Notes under the pieces: model-generated
What the model was told of the DNA's origin: nothing
What the model saw: only the letters and a program-made list of their open reading frames with translations
The model's database searches: none
From: Eledone cirrhosa
Lineage: Eukaryota
Assembly: GCA_964016885.1 (NCBI GenBank)
Contig: OZ024741.1
Coordinates: 195,362,001-195,426,000 of the forward strand
Direction of reading: 5' to 3'
DNA: 64,000 nucleotides
Translations under genes and position numbers: made by a program
Shown here: piece by piece, positions 13,343-26,921 of the stretch
Layout: the number at the start of each line of letters is the position of its first letter
How positions within the stretch are numbered: the stretch's first letter is position 1

Positions 13343-14120
13343 TATACACACATTATATATAATACAATAAACAGATAAATACACACATATATATATGAGC
13401 TTATTTAATTATAAATATTGTGAATTTTTAACTCAGTTCAATTATATATATAAATGGCTTCTACAGGACTAGAACTGTTTCATTCGAAAGAAATCATCAT
13501 AATATTGAGAGGGGGGACTAGATAAAATATTTCAAATCAAATGTGTATAAGTTATAAGTTAAAATGTATAAATAGAGACGATAGTGGAGGTATATCTGTT
13601 TAGTGGAACAGTAGACGATAGAATTAAATACAGACGAGAATCTCCCTTTAATGAAACAGCAGACGATAGAATTAAGGCAATTTAAATTTTAAGCATTTGC
13701 ATTTTTGCCTTTCATCGTTACGGGGTCGATAAAATAAAGTACCAGTAATACACTGTCACTATAAGTAGACGACTTTCAAATTGAATTGTTGGTTCCATTT
13801 CTTTAGTATTTTCAATTGTAGTTATCTACTTAAAAAGCGTTACACGGTTAGAGACATAATTGGTAAGTTATATCTTCCCTATTAAACCATTGCATTATTT
13901 CGCCTACAATAGAACAAAAATGAAATGTTCTTTAAAGAAACAGGAATATAACTTTATAAAAAAAAAAGTTGCATCCGCTTCTTTTATCATTGATAATTTT
14001 TTCGTTTTAATATTAATTGCTTTTTGTAGTTGTTTATATTAAAAATCTTACTGTAATATTTACTTAAACGAAGGCAGACATCTAAACTTATAGATTAATC
14101 TTGAGCGAAGGACTAGATAA

Positions 14121-14164
<44 letters not shown>

Positions 14165-14165
<1 letters not shown>

Positions 14166-14378
14166 AACGAAGAATGATAAAATTTCAAGCAAAGAATTTA
14201 ATTAGGTAATGACTTACAAATTTGTTTCAGTATATATTTAATATAATATTAATATATTTTGTAATATTATTAACTAATTATTATAATTAGCGCTTCAGGC
14301 TTTGTCTATATACTGAAACAAATTTGTAAGTCATTACCTAATTAAACTCTTTGCTTGAAATTTTATCACTCTTCGTTT
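14165..14378. repeat. Inverted repeat with ~72-bp arms (Penelope-like remnant)
   Basis: 14165-14236 is the near-exact reverse complement of 14307-14378. Confidence 0.8.
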
Positions 14379-14466
14379 TGAATTTCTCCTAAGTATTCAA
14401 TACTCTGTTGAGAAATACATTTTACATAAACAGTCTTTGTACCATTTATACGGTATTAATTACTTA

Positions 14467-14503
<37 letters not shown>

Positions 14504-14574
14504 CGTATGATTAGAACTGTGTTTATTATTAATATTTAATGAAAAATTTTAGGTGTTCATATATATATTCTAAA

Positions 14575-14633
14575 AATGCGCGAAATCGTGAATCCGCGAT
14601 AGTTGAACCGCCAAGTAGCGAGGTATCACTGTA
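14575..14633 (-). mobile_element. Tigger/pogo-type TIR remnant
   Basis: Minus strand reads TA|CAGTGATACCTCGCTACTTGGCGGTTCAACTATCGCGGATTCACG. Confidence 0.55.
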
Positions 14634-15329
14634 TATATGTTTAAATATATAGTGTAGCTGTGATGTATCTCGCGAGTGAATCGAGACCTGTCACTGATTT
14701 TGGTGTCCCCACTGCCGATGTGAATGAGCAACGCTGCACTTGTGAATTGGGTCTTGATGTTGCAGGCAGTTCATATACTTACAATGATGCGGTCCCACAA
14801 GCTTGTTCACATTCCTGTGCTAATAATCTAGATGGGCGTATTAAATTGGATGTGAAAGCAGCTTACCGGATGCGGAATCGGGAGAAGTTGAGACAAAAAC
14901 GGGCCGATTATAGAGCTGTGAATTTTGCTAAATTAACACAAAAACAGGCCAAGTATAGATGTTCAAAACGGTATGAGTTGGCAAACAAGCAGGCCAAGTA
15001 TAGATCTGCAAATTCAGCTATTATATCTCAAAAGCAAGCCGAGCGTAGAGCTTCTAAACGTACCGAGTTGGCTAAAGAGCAGACCAAGTACAGATCTGCA
15101 AATATCTTATTGCACAAACAATAATTCTGCACAAATGTTGCTCCATTATTAGATCTAATGTTGCAACGATACAGTTAAATGTTGTCTGTGTATTTTAAAA
15201 AAGATTTGCTTATAATCTTTTCAAATTTCATTACGCCAATGATTCAAGCTCAAATTGACATTATCTAAAAAATTGTACAAACAGCGGTGGATTAGCAGTA
15301 GTGAACAGATAAATCAGTCAATTTATTAA

Positions 15330-15988
15330 GATTGACTTGGCATCAATCAGCAAGACCTTCATTAGCTGCTCTCCAGCCATCTATTTAAAGCTGTATACAT
15401 CTATGGTACGAATACACTTGGAGTTCGCGTCATCAGTCTGGAACCCCTATCTTGCTCAGAACATTGACCTCCTGGAAACTGTTCAGAGACATGCAACCAA
15501 GCGCATACCCTCCATCAGACACCTACCATGCCCTGAATATTTTGCTTCCCTCTGGCAATGGACTTGGTAAACACCCACAAAGTTATTAACCATCCGACCA
15601 ACAACAACCCCGAACACCTTTTTGATCTCCATGTGTCTAACACGTGGACATGCCTACAAAGTCAGAAAACAACACAGCTCCCATGACTTTAGGAAATATT
15701 TCTTCATGCTCAGAGTTGCTGAAGGATGGAACAAACTTCCTGCATCAGTTGTTAGCTGATGACACACTGCATCCTTTAAAACCATCATACATTCCGAAAT
15801 ACACCAAAACTACACCTGATGTCCCCCTTCCATACACATGCACATATGTGTATATCATGACTCATGCACTGTTCTTTTTTCATGACGTTTTTATATTACC
15901 CTATGTATTATATATGCACTTTTGATGAGTTGTAGTGCACCTCAGCATTGTACACAATATTTTCATTATTATTATCATTATTATTATT
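15330..15988 (+). pseudogene. 3' fragment of a CR1-clade LINE with an (ATT)n tail
   Basis: LYTSMVRIHLEFASSVWNPYL..IDLLETVQRHATK, followed by RKYFFMLRV..WNKLP; ends in ATTATT repeats. Confidence 0.85.
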
Positions 15989-16449
15989 ACACTCATTGAT
16001 CCATTTTGCACTAACTCTGCATCAAGCACCCTCACCTAAATATTAACCAATCAAGGATCCAATACAGCTATCTGTTGGATGAGTATTGTATAGTGCCAAA
16101 AACGAAACCAATCAGTTTAGCAGAAAGTTTCCAGACAAGAAACACGCATATTTTGCTATCCTCAAACACGTTTACACATGGCATGAAATATAACTAATCC
16201 GAGATGGCTAGGTTTCATCTTCTAACTGGATATACGAAATCCATTATGTCTTGACAACAACATGAGGTAACATTATGTTATTCACAGACACACTTTGTAC
16301 ACTGTTCCATATCAGAATGTATTTCCTTCGTCACATTCACAAACAGTATTGAAAATATGTTCTTCGGCAAATAAAAATGTTTTGTTCATAATATTTCAAC
16401 TAGTGTTTGCTCTACTCCACGCACGACCACCATAAATTAATGACCAGCT

Positions 16450-16630
16450 CAACACAAGTATTGGTAGAGCGTCAGACACCATGCTTTGCAGTATTGTTAT
16501 GGTCCTTTGCATTCTAAGTTCAAATCCTGCCGAGGTTAACTTCGACTTTCATACTTACTAATTCGATAAAATAAAGTACCAGTAATGGACTGCCGTAATG
16601 GATTTGTGCCGAAAAATAGAAACACTATTA
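16450..16630 (+). mobile_element. tRNA-derived SINE (family S1)
   Basis: B-box-like GTTCAAATCC, core GAGGTTAACTT..CTTTCAT..CGATAAAATAAAGTACCAGT, tail GAAAC.ATTA. Confidence 0.8.
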
Positions 16631-17179
16631 ATGTGCAATAAGAGCAAAATATAACGACATTGCTCAATTATTTTATCTAATGTTGTAATAACACAATGAA
16701 ATGTTGTTTGTGTATTTTTTTTTATATTTGCTCATAGGCTTTTACAATTTCGCTCAGCCAACAACTATTAAAAAGTGAGTTGCTTAAGATAACAATTTAA
16801 TCACAAATTGTTGCTATCTTTATATACACTCCAACAAGTCATCAAATTATGTACAATAAAAACAAATCTTATTAATTTGCTCAGAGAATATAAAGAAAAT
16901 GTATATACACTGATAATTGCAATTGTATGTAAATATTTTGTTTTTGTATTGTATATTTTATGTTTTCTATTATGTATAATATATTGATTTAATATTGATT
17001 GTTTTTTGTAGTTGTTTATATTAAAAGTCTGAAAATATTTTTATACATCTTACACTAATATTTATAAGATAATTTATAATAACAATTACATAATCTAATT
17101 ACATTACAACGATAATTTATTATTAATATATATCCTGTTTAACTAGAGTTATTACAAGCGTTGTCTTAAAAAAATATTA

Positions 17180-18138
17180 AACTAGACATGAAAAATGCGC
17201 AAGCTCAAAAGTGCCACAGAATGTTATAATAAACCTTCAAAAGTGTGGGACTAGAGTTGTTGCTAAAAAATATTGTAATCATTATATATCGTACATTCTG
17301 TGGCATCCTTTATAAAAATAGCTTAAACCAACGAAGCCTTTATTTTTACGCTATTTCACTTAGTTAATTCTTAGAGTGTAACATATAAAAATAAATACAT
17401 CTATGTTTAATGTAATAACAGCTATAAATAATTACGTAATATTATTATCATATACTCATAGTAACAAAATAATTGTGTTGAAAATTAATATGATGCTTAT
17501 ATGAACGATCAAATCTATAATGATAATTTCTTAAATATACTAATAGTAAAATAATTTAGTTATCTATTGTTACATTTTCATAGAACTATAATATTAACAA
17601 TCGTATTGCATTATCAAATTTTTATCACTACAAACTTTCATATTGGAATTACCTTAAGCCACTTATTATTACTTCGCTTTCGTACTTTTACAGCTGTAGA
17701 TATTGCGCTGTATCTTATATCTAATATCAATATCTCGTGGTAATTTGCATGCAGTGTAAAATAGGTTTATTAATAACTTTAATATGAAATGTATTATACA
17801 GGGCTGCGGAGTCGGCCAAAAATTGACTGGCTCCAACTCAGGATCCGATACTCCATTATTTCCTAAATTTCAGCTCCGCAGCTCTGTTATTATATTAATT
17901 AATTTATTTTGTAGTTGTAAATCATATTTTTATATGTTACACTCTAAGAATTAACTAAGTGAAATAGCGTAAAAATAAAGGCTTCGTTGGTTTAAGCTAT
18001 TTTTATAAAGGATGCCACAGAATGTACGATATATAATGATTACAATATTTTTTAGCAACAACTCTAGTCCCACACTTTTGAAGGTTTATTATAACATTCT
18101 GTGGCACTTTTGAGCTTGCGCATTTTTCATGTCTAGTT
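17180..18138. repeat. Long inverted repeat, ~214-bp arms, ~530-bp spacer
   Basis: 17180-17393 is the reverse complement of 17925-18138; no mismatch seen by eye. Confidence 0.92.
17799..17886. mobile_element. 88-bp hAT-type MITE
   Basis: TIRs CAGGGCTGCGGAG / CTCCGCAGCTCTG; 8-bp flanks GTATTATA / TTATTATA. Confidence 0.75.
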
Positions 18139-19619
18139 AAATATTGTATATTCTCTACTATGTATTGAATACCTTACTTACTGTGGTTACCCCCCGATTG
18201 AACCTGGGATACACACACGCGCACACGCACACACACACACACACACACATATATATTATATATATATATATTATATATATATATATAATATATATATATA
18301 TATTTCAATGGCCAGATTAAGTAGAATCCCGGTGACATCATCAGGTGTATATTGCATGATAGTTACACAATAAAGGTATAATAAACACAACCCGAGAGGT
18401 TATAAGGAGAGAAAATGTAGAAAAATAGAGAAAATATTTTATTCGGAGGCGGCCTATGGGTTAGGTGTTGTCAGTGCGACGGGCCGCTTCCTGCATTTTC
18501 GATAGTGAGGGTAATTGTAATAATTATTATTATTACGGACATAGCAAAAACGCTAACTAACCCCCCCCCCCTCCACACACACAAACAAAATTCCTGTACT
18601 TTTGAATTTGGGTGATTGCCACAAAGACAATACCAACTTCCATTGACTACTGATCAAACGAAAAACAGGCATGTGTTGCCACTGCTTCACCCGGTTTCCA
18701 GGACATCTGTGTCTGTGTACGGAGTTGACGTCACGGTCATGGTGTTGGACACAACATATACAGATCAGCTACAGATATTAATGCTACTGCTAATTAATCA
18801 TAGCCAGTTAAGCTCTCACTATATGCAAATTAGCATCACTTGCTACACGCAAAAGGTGTTCTTTTCTCAAAACCAAGTGAATAAACGTCATCGATACCGG
18901 ATAACAATCCTGAAACACGTGTCCGGCATTATCCAATGGCTACTGAGATAGCTGACATAATGTGACATAATCATAGCTTAACACACTTATGACGAGATTT
19001 ATGTGTGTTGTAATACGTAAACTTATTGTATATACCTTTATATACACCCCTATTATTCTATCAGTGATGTGTGTATCTTTGTAGCACATTGAGCTCTCAA
19101 TGAGATAAAGCCGGATTCTAATGATAACGTCTAAAATAATAAGTTGCAATCTGTTCCTTGGCTTTGTTTTAACAGCATTTGCAGGTGAAAATATTACTTC
19201 AACAATAGCATTAATTGCTAGATTTATTAAATAAGAACATAACTTGTTAATTGTTTGAAATGTTTGTAACCATTTAATTAAAACCAAAATTTTAGTTTAT
19301 TGGGGTTTTTTTTTGGGGGGGGGGGGGATTAATGGGTTGTTGTTTTTAAATGTCATTACTTTTCAAAACATTTTTGCTGTTTCCGAGCTGCCGTAGTAAA
19401 CTTTCCTATATTTCTGCACAGTTTTGCTAATTTGCTAAAAAAATAGTTTCAGCTAAAGTAGCATGGGTAAATCCAAAAACGCCCTTTTTACTTTTTGTTG
19501 CAAAACTATGGAAAGTTTAAACCATAAAATATCTCAGTTTCATCACATAATGTAAAGTCCAGTTAATCTGTAACTTCAATAATACATTTCTAGCATCTTT
19601 TGAGAGTGCGAAATTTTCC

Positions 19620-19832
19620 TTCTCTGAAGACCCCACTCGGTCACGAATGACCATGGTTTTGCACCTAGAAAGATTCCCTCCGAGGCACAAGCCTAGGCAA
19701 GGTTTGTTTTGTGGAAAACCAGCAGTCGCCCATGTATACCAGTCTCCTCTCTCCACGCCACCGATGTTGTCCAAGGGAACGGCTATGGCCAATACAGCTT
19801 GGCACCAATGATGTCGCAACTCATTTCTACAA
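19620..19832 (-). mobile_element. SINE or RTE-UTR-like fragment
   Basis: GC-rich island with CAGCTTGGCACCA.TGA.GTCGCAACTC, recalled from cephalopod SINE bodies. Confidence 0.4.
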
Positions 19833-19835
19833 TTC

Positions 19836-20058
19836 AGCATATAAACATGTATACAGAAATATGTACACGTGTACGTGTAAATCAAAACATACAGATCTAC
19901 ACATGCAATAACATTAATAGCTGCACACATGTACGCACAAACATACAGATATACATATTTACCTGGTTGCCTAAATTCCAATCTTGTTTCTATGTTAGAA
20001 ACCGGCTCTCTCTTCTTCTCTCCTTGTGAAAATATATAAAATGATAAACCAGAAGAAA
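19836..20058 (+). mobile_element. Diverged 3' UTR of R4/Dong family 3
   Basis: Reverse-complement similarity to 6605-6840 (CTATGTTAGAAACCG.CTCTCTCT ... AAACCAGAAGAA). Confidence 0.65.
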
Positions 20059-21879
20059 ATATGCGAGGGGTGCTGAAAGGTTCCTGCCATAAAAGTATCG
20101 CGAAAAGGTAGAGCTGTTACCTTTACAGGGAGGGGGTAGGACCGCTGCAATAAGTGCGTGAATCTAAGAGGGGAATATGTTGAATAAAATTATAATTAAC
20201 TGATCCTCCTGTAAAAGTACTTTAATTCTGAAGCACTAAATTAGAAAACTACATTTTTGAAAGACTCATTTTACTATTTATAACAGAATCTAACATTGAT
20301 TTAACGCATAGTTATTGACAGCTCTAAATTTGAGATTGCTAGAAAAAGAATATTAAATTGTATAAATCATTCCGCTGCATCATCATTTACTATTACATAT
20401 TAATTCTGCTGATATCAATAGTAGAGTTAACAGTTATTGCACAACACTTATCCAGCTTGATTTCACCTATTATCTTTGATAGAATATGAACTGATAAGGA
20501 CTGTAAAAGATCATCTTGTATGTCAGGACTGAAATATATTGCATTTCAATCACTCACTTTAGTAATGCATGTTTAGGTAAACGACTTAATAAGTTCTTTA
20601 AATTGCCTTTATTTCTATTGAGTGTACTTAAAAGACAATAAATGAAATAAAGCATGGTGTTTGCTCTTGCCGAGTAAGCCAAACAGTGCTTATTTATTTC
20701 GGAACTGTTTTTTAGTTTGTTTCTTGTATCCTGCTGCACTGAAATGACACTCGGCTTTTATCTTTTGGAAAACTGTCACAAATAATTGTAAGACTTTGCT
20801 GACAAGAGCCCAACTTCAGAAAAGTATATACGAGATCAGGTGCTATAGACGTTTTATAAAACAGTTGCGGGCCTGTTGGATATTGCGTATGTGTTTATTT
20901 GTTTATCTCGGGTCCTAAATAATAAGGAGGTGGAATAAGCGGTGGGGTTTGAAAATCGGTCATTTATCTCGGTTATCTCTGTTGATTAAAAAAAAAACAA
21001 AAACAGAATTAGTTGTTTAGTTCATATATTGAGATCCCAGCCCATCCTATTTATTTTATAACGCATGTGATTTCTAGCAATGTACTTTTTTTTATCATGT
21101 ATAACGTTTTTAACGCATAAAGAAAATGAAATGTCGCAAGAATGCTACTACTTAAAATAAAATTTCACTGGAGATAGATTATTCGAAAACCGAAAATATT
21201 TATTCAACAGATTTCAATTAGATTACATGTTTTCAATATAAAAAAAAGAAAAAGAAGGGAAAAAAATAAATAGTGAAAGTAATGGGGGGGCAGTAGACTT
21301 CTGTCTTGGCGGAATATTTCAGCAGCGTTCTACTTCTATTGCTTGTGTAACCGCCAAAGTTATGATATCTAACGGTAAATTCAAATTAGAAAAGTGGTGT
21401 AATTTTTACGGAGCGATGTATTGTGGCGTAATGTAGCCTGTTTAATTTTTGCCCTGTGTTAGAGCATGGCCCTTTATAAGTATGTTACTTAATGATGAAG
21501 GATCACCGTGTAATTAGTTGTGTTGGTTTAGGAAAGTGCTTTACGACCGTGTAGATTCTTAATATGAATTTCATAAGCAAAAGAGTGTTCACATGTATAC
21601 ATTACTCTTTTACCTGTCCCAGCCATCCGGTTGAGGCCATGTTGGGGCACCGCCTTTGTTGCTATACGTTCTATCTCCAGCCTGTGTTGGCTGGCCATTA
21701 GTGTAAAAGGAAGTTCGTTGCTGCTACCATTAAGTTACCTTCGTACCGTGCTGTGGGCTCATTCGAGATTCTGGATATCATTATACTTATGAATACGGGA
21801 TATACAGTGTAATCTGTAGAAGTCTCAAATCGCAACATTATAATAATTCTCAGCCATAATTAGTTATTGCATCATTGTA

Positions 21880-22065
21880 ATAATTGTTTCTACTTTAGAC
21901 ACAAGGCCAGCAATTACCCAGTACATTACTAGTACTTTATTTTATCGACCCCGTAAGGATGAAAGGCAAAGTTAACTTCGGCGGGATTTGAACTCAGACT
22001 GTAAAGGGACGTAACTATGCTAGAAAGCATGGCGTCCAACTCTCTACCGATACTGCCAATTCACC
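21880..22065 (-). mobile_element. tRNA-derived SINE (family S1)
   Basis: Homologous to 47978-48160; ATT-type tail. Confidence 0.85.
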
Positions 22066-23055
22066 AATAATGTAAGTAAATGTGAGGAAGCGGGGTTAAG
22101 CTTAAACGATTAATAGGAATAAACTATAAAAATAAACAATAAGAATAAACTATTGAACTGGAGTTGGTATGTTTGGTTTTTAGTTAAATTAATTTAAATG
22201 GTTCTCTTCCCTTTAAATATTTATACTCTGTTACCCTCAGAGTCCTCAACAGCAACAACTTAAACCTTCGGAAGATAACTTCGATTGTTTTTAATTTCTT
22301 ACATACCTTATGCGCGCATTGAACTTTTCTCCCCTATCAAAATTAATAGTGGAATATTCCATTATAATCACTTGTTTACACACATACATACATATATACA
22401 TACATGTTTGCGTGTTTATAATGATCGTGTACGAAGCTCGAACTTTCGAACATTACAATGCGTTGAGAAAATAAAGATTATGGAAAACATAGGATCTTCA
22501 AGCGCCGAAAATAAATACAAGTACAGTCAATTGCTATGAAATAGGGTAAAGACCTTATTATATACAAGCTGGTGCTGACAAATTCTTTTCTGTCTCTAAG
22601 AGTCTTTACCCGATCTTATTGGCTATTATTTTTTAGAAAAATAACATGTCCGTTCATGTTGCCATCTCTAGGAAAGCTGTTGATGCTTGGATTTTGTGTA
22701 AGATAAACTTGTTTTAAAAGGTGGTGGTCGAGCGCGTCTATCTGAAAGTGGAAGAAACCGTTTTGTATATAGACCTGTGCGCGTGCGTATATGTGTCTAT
22801 TCGTACGTCCGTACGAAGCTATGAGGATATGTGTGTGTGTGTGTGTTTTATAAGTACAAAGGTGTGAGTGTATAAGGGTTTACGTGTGCGTGTAGGTTAT
22901 CTGTTGGTCCATGTAAAGGTGTGTGTGCGTTTTTGTTGGTCTGTATAAGCTATAAGAGTATGTCTTTCTGACCATAGCAGAGCCATAGGAACCTTGAGGG
23001 TAAAAGTACGTGCACGCGTGTGACAAAAGGTGAAGTAATGGTAACAGTGGCTAGG

Positions 23056-23115
<60 letters not shown>

Positions 23116-23489
23116 GAGAGAGAGAGAGGAGTGAAGTTAGTTTATAAGGCAAAAAATAATTCAAAGCTCAAATATGATTTTATAAGATAAGTAAAAAACA
23201 GCTCGGAGTTTAATCCAATTAGTAAATTTCCAGTTACAGTAGTTTTACATCACAGAACATAAACAAAATCAATATTATAAGCAGAATTTATTACATTATT
23301 TAATAGATTTACGAACGTTTCTTTTAAATACAAGAGAAAATTGTTTTCGGTTGGTAAATAATGATGTATTTTGTAATATTTAATGATTCTGAGAAACACA
23401 ATACAGAGGAATATAATGGTACTTCTTACTGTATTTGAAAAAACGTTCATAAATCTGTTAAATAATGTAACTAAATCCTGGTCATTTTA

Positions 23490-23541
<52 letters not shown>

Positions 23542-23549
23542 ATATTATC

Positions 23550-24320
23550 TGCATACCTGGTCCTGACTTCTTAATCCACCAACGCTTCTCAATTTATCCT
23601 GTAGGTCGCCCTGGACCTGCTAGTTTTGTGGGCTTCTTTGGCTTTAGGTAGTCTCAAGTTGAAGATAACTAGATGGTGATCAGTTGACAGCTCAGCCCCT
23701 CTCTTAACACAAACATCCAGAACAGAATCAAAGAGATCAGAGACAATAACAAAATTGATTATTGATGTCCCTGATTCCCCTTTTACCATGTATATTTATG
23801 GATGTCTCTGTGCTGGAAGAAGTTGTTCATAATAGAGAGGCCATTGCCAGAACAGAAGTCTAGTAAGGCCTCCATTCATATTTAGATCGGGATCGCCATT
23901 CCTTCCAACCACCCCTTTCCATGTCAGGTGGTCAGTGCCAACATGTGCATTGAAGTCTCCCATCATGATATATGACTCAGTCCTAACTACATCTAATGCT
24001 GCAGTGACTTCATCAAGGAAAGACCTGTATTTGAACTCCTTGCTTGGTGTATAAACTTGCACCACCCACAGAGACCTATCTTTCAGCCTAAGCTACAAGA
24101 GACAAACCTCCCTCCTAACGGAATCCAGTCCATAACAGATTCTGGCAGCCGGGGGCTTGTGAGTATCGCCACTCCCGGCTAAGCAGTCATTTCTGGCACC
24201 ACACCTGAATAGTGGAGTTTCCATCCTCCATCCAAATCTACTATCACAACCATTGAACCCCAGCTATATCTAGCTGGTATCATCTAGCCTCCTCCACTAG
24301 TTCCTGCTCCTTATCTGTAA
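23550..24320 (-). pseudogene. RTE-clade APE endonuclease fragment
   Basis: VQVYTP, IMMGDFNAHVG, WKGVVGRNG and VKRGAELSTDHHLV motifs. Confidence 0.85.
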
Positions 24321-24446
24321 CAGGTGTGTGTGGGGGGGGGGGGGTATTATTTTTTATTTTATTACTGACATTACTCTCTGAAACTACTCAGAGGTTCACA
24401 GGTTCCCTTCCAAATCCTCTTGGGGCTTCGGAATATGCAATCTGAG

Positions 24447-24477
<31 letters not shown>

Positions 24478-24551
24478 GACGACAACTTCATCTTCGTTTG
24501 TAAAATTGAAGCCATTTATAAAACTGCATTGCATATGTTATCCGACGTATG

Positions 24552-24601
<50 letters not shown>

Positions 24602-24603
<2 letters not shown>

Positions 24604-24923
24604 TTTCTTTATTAACCACAAGGGTTTACATAAAGTAGACATTAAGGACAGTGCAGGACAATACAGGACGGTACAAATGGGCATTTCTGCGTGTAAAAAA
24701 CAAAAACAGAGGTTGTAACAAAAAAATAACAATGAAAAATTCCCCAATAGGGGGGAGACTTCGGAGGGACATTTGTGGAGAAAGCCCAATAAAAGGCCAC
24801 AGTGACCCTGACCACCAAGGCAAGTGCCCTCATCCCAGTTTTCCACCTTTAATTTACAGATACGTACTCAGAGTAGGCCCATTCACTCGGGCCATTCTTG
24901 CTTCTCTCACCCATCTTTCAACA
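24602..24923 (-). mobile_element. 3'-terminal stub of Tx1 family A
   Basis: Matches 58235-58553; (AAT)n on both sides. Confidence 0.9.
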
Positions 24924-24951
24924 ATAATAATAATAATGATTTAATAATAAT

Positions 24952-26635
24952 AATGGGCATTTCTGCGTGTAAAAAACAAAAACAGAGGATGTAACAAAAA
25001 ATAACAATGAAAAATTACCCAATACGGGGGAGACCGCCGAGGGACATTCGTGGAGAAAGGCCATTAAAAAGCCACAGTGGCCCTGACCACCAGGGCGGGG
25101 CAATCCTCACGATGGACTCAGATGATAGCTGGATCCGTCCTACACGTGACAACAGGTGTTCGACATAAACCCACAAGTCAGCGATGCTCGGACACTGGAC
25201 GAGTGCGTGCAGGACGGTTTCGTCACCCTGCGCGCATCTCGGACATGCCCGACTGACGGCACCTCCATGCCTGTAGAGTTTATCCCGAACTGGCAAAGCT
25301 CCTCGGTAGCACTGCCAGGCCAGGGTTTTCTGGGAGTTGTCCATAGGCCCCGGCCCGAAAGTTCTTCCGAAGAGATTGGCTAGTTGATTTTCATCGACGC
25401 CTAGAGTTTCCCTAAGTATGTTGTCGCTCTTCCCCGCCACTAATCTTCTATAGAACGCCAAGGTGGAGTTTCCACCGATCACATTGCCTGATTGGTCGAG
25501 AGCTGTGGGCGCCTGAAGACATTCCAGTCTCCAAGCGCTCCCTCTCGGTCTTCGCTTGACCCAGGACTGCAGCTCCGTCAAGGAGACGAGCTGGGGAAAG
25601 ACGCGTCTAGCAAACGGTAACCACACCTGATCACCGCCGAGAAAGAGGTGGAGATGTCGTAGCCTGAGCGCGTGTCTGCGCATCATCAGCCACGGCATGC
25701 CCAGCCCTCCACGTAGCGGGGGTGTTGACAGCAGATGGACCACCTGACCATCGGAGCGCGTCACTTCCACAAAAAGCGAAAGAGCAAACGCTCCAGCGCA
25801 GTCAGGTGGGGCTTAGGACAAGGTACGACGGTCAGGCGGTAGTAGATGCCGGACGCGATATACGCGTTAGCCACCTCCGCTCGACCTTTCAGGGATAGCT
25901 TCCTCTCCGCCTATTTCTGGGTGAGAGAAGCCACCCTGCTCGTCACCTCGTCCCAGTTTTTGTTCGTCTGGAGGTCCGGACTGAACCAGACCCTAGCAAT
26001 TTAACCGTTCAGTCCGTCCAGCGCCCGGCGACGCTGTTTGACGGCATGGACCTGCCTTTCCAGGTGCCGAGCTGCAGGCCCACTGACTTTTCCTGGTTGA
26101 TCATTGCTCCTGTCACCGCTTCGTATTCTCTTAGTGTAGTACCGATAGCCTCGATGTGTTTGGCGTTCGACACCACTACGGTGACATCGTCCGCATATGC
26201 TGACACGGATCTTCCGCATCCTAGTTCGCGCGGGATCCCCCTCAACGTCTCCAGTGCAGTAATGGCTCGAGAGTCAATACGTACAAGAGGGACGAGAGGG
26301 GACATCCTTGGCAGACCAAGCGCATGATGTTGAACGGTTCTGAAAGGTGACCGTTCACTCTCACCACAGAGCAGATGTCGCTGTGCATGGCAGCGACCCA
26401 GCCTCTGAAGACGGACCCAAAGCCAGCCGCCCTCAGGACTGCCGCTAGGCGACGATGGTCGACCCTATTGAAAGCTTTCGACTGATCTAAATTGATCAAG
26501 GACCCACCCGTGTCAGGTTCCCTAGCTACCCTCTTCACGATGTATCGCATGAGGTGGAGGTTGTCGTGGATGGATCTGTCGGGAATGGCGCATGTCTGCG
26601 CCTCTCCCCCCAGACCACCAACGACAAGCGCCAAC
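24952..26635 (-). pseudogene. 5'-truncated Tx1 family A copy with an internal deletion
   Basis: LINLDQSKAFNRVDH, QGCPLS, SAYADDV and CPRC..DETVLHALVQCP. Lacks the segment equivalent to about 58450-58748. (AAT)n on both sides. Confidence 0.92.
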
Positions 26636-26921
26636 TAATAATAATAATAATAATAATGTTTTCTTTATTGGTCACAAGGGCTGACACGAAGAAAAACATT
26701 AGACACGGTACAGAACAGTACATAACCATACAAAGTGGGTTTTGGTCGTGTAAACGGGTTATAACAAAATCGGGCTAGAAATCAAAAAAAATTCAAACAA
26801 CAAAAATTCCCCAAGAAGGGGGAAACCTCCGAGCGTCACTCGTGGTGAAAACTACACAAAAGACCACGGCCACCCTGACCACCAGGGCAAGCGCCCTCTC
26901 TCAATTTTCCCACTCCTCAGT

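Noticed and set aside
20340-20900. Coding-like stretch, also 37930-38430 and 3150-3600
   Set aside because: No sustained ORF, splice pattern or motif recognised; possibly decayed transposase, but unsupported.
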